A DNA stretch of 33,262 nt from Candidatus Planktophila sp. (lineage in GTDB: Bacteria; Actinomycetota; Actinomycetes; Nanopelagicales; Nanopelagicaceae), in the NCBI GenBank assembly GCA_046070465.1, contig JBJTMK010000125.1; one strand, given 5' to 3'. Below, piece after piece: positions 28,509 through 33,262 of the stretch (positions are counted from its first letter, which is position 1; every line of letters begins with the position of its first letter). The notes below the pieces were generated by a model. The model ran no database searches and had not been told where the DNA came from. It worked only from the letters and a program-made list of their open reading frames with translations. A program made the position numbers and the translations under genes.

Positions 28509-29354
28509 TTAAAGGCGGCAAGCATGGATATCGGTGACGAGAATGCCACGGGCACCGAGCGCCCAGAGCTCATCCATCAATCGATTAGTCTCAGTGCGCA
28601 GGACCATTGCACGCACTGCTACCCATTCTTCCTTCTGTAGCGGGGAAATCGTTGGGGATTCAAGTCCCGGTGTGATTGCGCAAGCTCTCTCCACTGATGT
28701 CTTAGGTACATCGTAATCAAGGAGTACATATTGACGAGCGGTCACTACGCCTTGAAGGCGACGAATAAGAATGTCGAGGCCTGCAGGAATATCTGAACCT
28801 GGACGCTTAATCAGGATTGCCTCTGAGGTGAGTATTGGATCTCCGAAAACTTCTAGCCCAGCTTGACGCAAGGTATTTCCAGTGCTGACGACATCTGCAA
28901 TCACATCTGCAACTCCGAGGCGAACGCTACTTTCAACAGCCCCATCAAGGCGAACAACAGATGCAGAGACTCCACGTCCGGATAGATAATTTTCTACTAA
29001 GCCCGGATACGCTGTTGCTACGCGCTTGCCAGAGACTCTATCGAGCGAGAGCCCGGAGCCTGCAGGACCTGCGAAGCGAAATGTAGAACCACCAAAATCA
29101 AGTGCAAGAACTTCCTGCGCATCTGCGCCAGAGTCGATGAGCAAGTCTCGACCGGTAATTCCTGCTTCAAGTTCTCCAGAGCCAACATAAATCGCGATAT
29201 CGCGTGGGCGAAGATAGTAAAACTCGACGCCGTTGGTGGGATCTGCAAGTACGAGATCACGCGAATCTGTGCGCTGACGATAGCCAGCTTCCTTCAAGAT
29301 AGCGATGGATGCATCAGCGAGAGAACCCTTATTGGGAACGGCAATTCTTAACAT
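28509..29354 (-). CDS. hisG: ATP phosphoribosyltransferase (long form)
   Basis: Motifs MLRIAVPNKGSL, RP.DI, GAVE, DVVSTG.TL and C-terminal PG.ESPTISPL. Confidence 0.96.
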   Translation of the reverse strand: MLRIAVPNKGSLADASIAILKEAGYRQRTDSRDLVLADPTNGVEFYYLRPRDIAIYVGSGELEAGITGRDLLIDSGADAQEVLALDFGGSTFRFAGPAGSGLSLDRVSGKRVATAYPGLVENYLSGRGVSASVVRLDGAVESSVRLGVADVIADVVSTGNTLRQAGLEVFGDPILTSEAILIKRPGSDIPAGLDILIRRLQGVVTARQYVLLDYDVPKTSVERACAITPGLESPTISPLQKEEWVAVRAMVLRTETNRLMDELWALGARGILVTDIHACRL

Positions 29355-29372
29355 TGTGTAAACCGACTCTCT

Positions 29373-29636
29373 CTATAGGTAACGATAGATATCGTCTGGA
29401 GTTAATCCGCGGGCGAGCATCAAAGTCTGAAGGTGATAGATCAATTGGCTTATCTCTTCGGCAAGCGCATCATTACTTTCGTGTTCTGCGGCGAGCCACA
29501 CCTCGCCAGCTTCTTCAAGAATCTTCTTGCCTATTGCGTGAACCCCGGCATCAACGGCCGCGACAGTTCCCGACCCCTCTGGGCGAGATTCAAGCTTTGC
29601 AACGAGTTCTGCCCAAAGGGTATCGAATGACTTCAT
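29373..29636 (-). CDS. hisE: Phosphoribosyl-ATP diphosphatase
   Basis: Motifs [23 protein letters not shown] and EISQL.YH. Directly upstream of hisG. Confidence 0.95.
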   Translation of the reverse strand: MKSFDTLWAELVAKLESRPEGSGTVAAVDAGVHAIGKKILEEAGEVWLAAEHESNDALAEEISQLIYHLQTLMLARGLTPDDIYRYL

Positions 29637-29648
29637 GGGCTAATTCTA

Positions 29649-30329
29649 CTAGAGAGCGGCAGTTGCTCTCTCTGAATTACTGATACGAAGCCATGAGATA
29701 AAACCCCATATGACGAACGGAAGATAAATCGCATAGAGCGTTCCGGTCGGGAAATAGCCATTCTTGAAAGCAAAGGGCACGCCCACGAGATCTACTGCAA
29801 TCCAGACAAGCCAAAACTCTACATACCCACGGCTCATTCCATAAGTAGCAAGTGCAGTTCCCGTGAAGATCCACGTATCAACAAAAAGCCATTGGCCACT
29901 CTCTCCGAGTGCCTTGAATATCTGTGTTGAGATTAGGAAGAAGACAATGATGATTGGTATGAGAATCATCTTCTCGCGACGAGTGGTCCAACGAGGCTCT
30001 ACTGCAGGGGTTCCGAGGATTCCATTGCGCTTGTGAAGTGACCAACGAATCCAGCCGTAAGCGCTGACGACGATGAGGAGAAGGTTGCGACTTGCTTGGC
30101 CATAGAAATTTGCGTGTTGTGAATCATCACCGAATGAGAAGACCGCTCCAAGAAACACCGTGAAGAGGAGGGCATCTCCAATTATTCCGACTGGCCAGGC
30201 AGAGACTCTTCGGCGCATGCCAAGGATTGCACTGGTAAGTCCCAACATTCCGCCGATAACTTCCCGGACTGCAATAGATTTACTTCCGAATGAGATTGTT
30301 GACTCGAAGAGCCATTGAAGTACTAACAC
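29649..30329 (-). CDS. PnuC-family vitamin transporter, probably riboflavin transporter (PnuX/RibM-type)
   Basis: Motifs WPVGI, YGW..W, D.WIF.G...AT..M.RG.VEFW.VWIAVD.VGVP. SD GAGGAG before GTG. Occupies the rpe-hisE interval. Confidence 0.82.
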   Translation of the reverse strand: MLVLQWLFESTISFGSKSIAVREVIGGMLGLTSAILGMRRRVSAWPVGIIGDALLFTVFLGAVFSFGDDSQHANFYGQASRNLLLIVVSAYGWIRWSLHKRNGILGTPAVEPRWTTRREKMILIPIIIVFFLISTQIFKALGESGQWLFVDTWIFTGTALATYGMSRGYVEFWLVWIAVDLVGVPFAFKNGYFPTGTLYAIYLPFVIWGFISWLRISNSERATAAL

Positions 30330-30338
30330 GTATCTCCT

Positions 30339-31004
30339 CTAGTAACTTGAAGCTATTGCTGTGTGACGTAGCGCGAGAACCATGGCTGCGGGATCATCGG
30401 CGTTGAAGACGGCGCTTCCGGCGACAAAGGTATCTGCACCAGCCTCTGCTGCGCGCGCTATCGTCTCTATCGAAATGCCGCCATCAACTTGAAGCCAGAT
30501 AGGGCGATCACCAATGAGCTTCCTCGTAGCTTGAATTTTCGGAATCATGGATTCAATAAATGCCTGTCCCCCGAAACCAGGTTCAACCGTCATGATCAAA
30601 AACATATCAACATCATCGACAAAATCTGAATATTCAGTAATTGAGGTGCCGGGCTTTAAAGCTATCGCAGCGCGTGCACCAGCAGCTCTGATCCCGCGTG
30701 CAGTCGAACGAATATCTGTCGCAGCTTCGACATGAAAGGTAACACTCGCACTGCCTGCTTCTGCATATGCGATTGCAATCTCGTCAACTTCGGCAACCAT
30801 CAGATGGGAATCGACTGGAATGGGGCAAGCTGTGATGATGTCGCGTGCAGCATCGAAGTCAAAAGTGAAATTAGGGACAAAGATGTTATCCATTACATCG
30901 AGATGAATGAAATCAGAGACGCTTGAAATCTTTGCAATCTCATCGTTGAGATGCGAGAAATCAGCATTGAGAATGCTCGGCGTAATTCTCACTTCTCTCG
31001 TCAT
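30339..31004 (-). CDS. rpe: Ribulose-phosphate 3-epimerase
   Basis: Motifs PSIL.ADF, HLDVMD..FVPN, MTVEPGFGGQ, QVDGG and FVAGSAVF. Confidence 0.96.
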   Translation of the reverse strand: MTREVRITPSILNADFSHLNDEIAKISSVSDFIHLDVMDNIFVPNFTFDFDAARDIITACPIPVDSHLMVAEVDEIAIAYAEAGSASVTFHVEAATDIRSTARGIRAAGARAAIALKPGTSITEYSDFVDDVDMFLIMTVEPGFGGQAFIESMIPKIQATRKLIGDRPIWLQVDGGISIETIARAAEAGADTFVAGSAVFNADDPAAMVLALRHTAIASSY

Positions 31005-31013
31005 AGCCTTAGG

Positions 31014-32369
31014 TTATTTCGACTTTTGAAAGATAGCGAGGAACATGGAGTCAGTGTTGTGAAGATGTCCCCATAGAGAGAGTGCGCCATCTCGAGTTGC
31101 ATCATGCAATCCACTTGGGAGCCACTGATCTACTGGAACGAGTGTCAGTTCGGGATGTCTCTTCATAATATCCTTCACCTGGCCTGATGTCTCAGCAAAA
31201 TGTGGAGAACATGTTGCGTATCCAAAGAATCCGCCAGGATTGAGAACACCAATCGCAGCATCGCTCAGCTCGCGTTGCAGTTGGAGAAGTGGTGCTACAT
31301 CCTTCAAAGTACGTCGCCATCGGACCTCAGGTCTTCTTCTCAAAGCGCCTAGACCCGAACAAGGAACATCAGCGAGTACAGCATCAAAAGTTCGACCATA
31401 GGAAGCGATTTCTCGACCATCTCCCACAATCACGCCAAATTTTCCGATGACGTTCTTCACCAGTTTTGCTCGTGGCTCTGAAATTTCATTAGCAACGAAG
31501 TCGCGACCACTGATCTCACAAATATGCGAAAGCAGTGCTGCCTTACCACCAGGTCCAGCACAGAGATCTAGGGTTGTTTGAGCATCTTGACTGACTCTTG
31601 CAAAGATATCTGCAACTAACTGTGAGCCTTCATCTTGGACACCGGCCTTGCGATGACGAATGACTTCTAGAGAACCGGGAGCGCCGTGAAATCTTGCACC
31701 GTATGGTGAGAACTCTGTCTTAGTAGCGCCTAAGGCGACGAGCTCATCCTGAGTTGAGTCACCTGGCCACGCTACGAGGGTCGGAAGTGCTGGAGTGTTG
31801 TTCGATCGCAATTCATCCTCAACTCGATCGACATTTTTAAGAAGATCAAAATAGGAAGAGACTATCCACTCAGGATGGGAGTACTCGATTGCCAGGCGTG
31901 CGACCGGATCGCTCATTGCGCGAACAGGCTCGAGCCAAGAATCGAGTTCACGAGCGCTGGCCTTTCGCATGAGCGCGTTTACGAAACTACCCTTCGACTC
32001 CCCTAATTGCTTGCGAGCCACATCAACGGTTGCCGAGACCGCCGCATGCATAGGTGTGCGCATTCCAAATATCTGGTGGGCTCCCATTCGTGCCAGATCC
32101 ACGATATCTGGATCGACATCTCGCCACGGACGGTCACTAATCGACGCGAAGATGTAATCGTAGAGACCTTGCATTCTGATAGTTCCGTATACAAGTTCTG
32201 TAATGAAGCCTTTATCACGTTCATCCATCTTTGATGCAGTCAGAGCTTGCGGCAACAAAAGGTTGGAGTACCCGTTGCGCTGGTTTACCTCTGAGATGAT
32301 GTCATAGGCAAGAAGCCTCGGCGCGTCAGGACGAGGCTTGGTGAACTGCTTCGGCGGAAAATTACTCAC
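31014..32369 (-). CDS. rsmB: 16S rRNA m5C967 methyltransferase RsmB/Fmu (NusB-like N-domain)
   Basis: Motifs VQDEGSQ, LDLCAGPGGK, DVPCSG.G and YATCS. GTG start at 32369 overlaps the fmt stop. Confidence 0.92.
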   Translation of the reverse strand: MSNFPPKQFTKPRPDAPRLLAYDIISEVNQRNGYSNLLLPQALTASKMDERDKGFITELVYGTIRMQGLYDYIFASISDRPWRDVDPDIVDLARMGAHQIFGMRTPMHAAVSATVDVARKQLGESKGSFVNALMRKASARELDSWLEPVRAMSDPVARLAIEYSHPEWIVSSYFDLLKNVDRVEDELRSNNTPALPTLVAWPGDSTQDELVALGATKTEFSPYGARFHGAPGSLEVIRHRKAGVQDEGSQLVADIFARVSQDAQTTLDLCAGPGGKAALLSHICEISGRDFVANEISEPRAKLVKNVIGKFGVIVGDGREIASYGRTFDAVLADVPCSGLGALRRRPEVRWRRTLKDVAPLLQLQRELSDAAIGVLNPGGFFGYATCSPHFAETSGQVKDIMKRHPELTLVPVDQWLPSGLHDATRDGALSLWGHLHNTDSMFLAIFQKSK

Positions 32370-33262
32370 AATGATCTCCTGGTTGTAAACGAGCGCCATT
32401 TGCCCAGGCCGTAGCAGAGCTCTGTGATTTACCGACACTTGTAATGAAGCCAATTTCTAGCGCCGTGGTTGAAGTACCAATCAGAATTTTCTTCTCTTTG
32501 AGAACTATTGCACCTGGTTCAATGTGCTCTGAGGTCATGACAGGAGCGGCGATTTTGATAGGCGATCCTCTGAAGTCGGTCCATGCCCCAGGATTGCTGG
32601 TAAATGCTCGTATCTTCGCACTGACTTGCGCTGCAGGCAGATGCCAATCAATACGTCCTTCTTCGCGACTCAGTTTGAGAGCTCGAGTGGCTCCTATCGA
32701 GGATTGCGGTTGAGGTCTTTCTCCGCGTTCAATCTTCGCAAGAGTCTCCAACACAGCACCCACACCCAGGTCGCCTAGTTCAACAAATAACTCGTCGCTC
32801 GTGATGTCCTTATCCAACGCGAAACGATGCATCGTGTAAATCGGACCTGTATCCATACCTGCATCTAATTGAAAGACAGTGACGCCAGTGACAGCATCCC
32901 CAGCTTCGATGGAACGCTGTACAGGAGCAGCACCACGCCATCGAGGTAGCAGCGAGAAATGAAGATTGAGAAATCCATGACGAGGAATGGCGAGAATTGA
33001 TTCAGGTATGAGCACTCCGTAGCCAATTGTGACCACACATTCAACGCCTTCCACGGCGGTCGCAATCTCCTCCTTTGAATCCGGGCGAAGTAGAGGCACT
33101 TGATGTGCGAGAGCCCATTCAGAGACTGGTGTGGGTGTAAGTACCTTTCCACGACCTGCTGGTCTATCCGGCTGGGATATAACAGCAACTAACTCGTGAG
33201 AGCTTGCGAGAAGCGCTTCAAGAGTCGGAATGGCTAGCGCGGGTGATGCGGCGACAGCAACG
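32362..33262 (-). CDS. fmt: Methionyl-tRNA formyltransferase (5' end just outside the window)
   Basis: Frame is open to the window edge (VISQPDRPAGRGK). Motifs NLHFSLLPRWRGAAP and DAGMDTGP. Confidence 0.94.
   Translation of the reverse strand, partial: VAVAASPALAIPTLEALLASSHELVAVISQPDRPAGRGKVLTPTPVSEWALAHQVPLLRPDSKEEIATAVEGVECVVTIGYGVLIPESILAIPRHGFLNLHFSLLPRWRGAAPVQRSIEAGDAVTGVTVFQLDAGMDTGPIYTMHRFALDKDITSDELFVELGDLGVGAVLETLAKIERGERPQPQSSIGATRALKLSREEGRIDWHLPAAQVSAKIRAFTSNPGAWTDFRGSPIKIAAPVMTSEHIEPGAIVLKEKKILIGTSTTALEIGFITSVGKSQSSATAWANGARLQPGDHCE

Overview
This is a densely packed core-genome segment (roughly 50% GC by eye) from a streamlined actinobacterium. Gene order, tiny spacers and leaderless promoters suggest a freshwater acI/Nanopelagicales-type organism (inference). 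The left half follows the conserved actinobacterial block seen in M. tuberculosis Rv2090-Rv2141c and around Streptomyces SCO1663 (5'-3' exonuclease-helY-DAGK-tatC-tatA-pafC-pafB-trmI-RecB-like nuclease-metH-PAC2/ParJ-mshC-SCO1664-DUF3090-His phosphatase-AKR-M20-tRNA-Leu), preceded here by lnt. The right half holds a nucleotide-salvage and transporter group (apt, O-acyltransferase, tdk, DUF554, YczE, NCS2 permease, ung), followed by an ABC ATPase, serB, hisG-hisE, a PnuC/RibM-type transporter, rpe, rsmB and a partial fmt. I saw no mobile element, CRISPR array or defence system, and I cannot support a clearly novel multi-gene system. The best leads are: (1) the Pup-proteasome genes are absent between trmI and pafBC; (2) riboflavin synthesis genes are absent while the transporter is kept; (3) a structured, possibly switch-like 5' UTR lies upstream of the NCS2 purine permease; (4) a 103-bp inverted copy of lnt sequence truncates lnt at the window start; (5) leaderless TANNNT promoters are pervasive.
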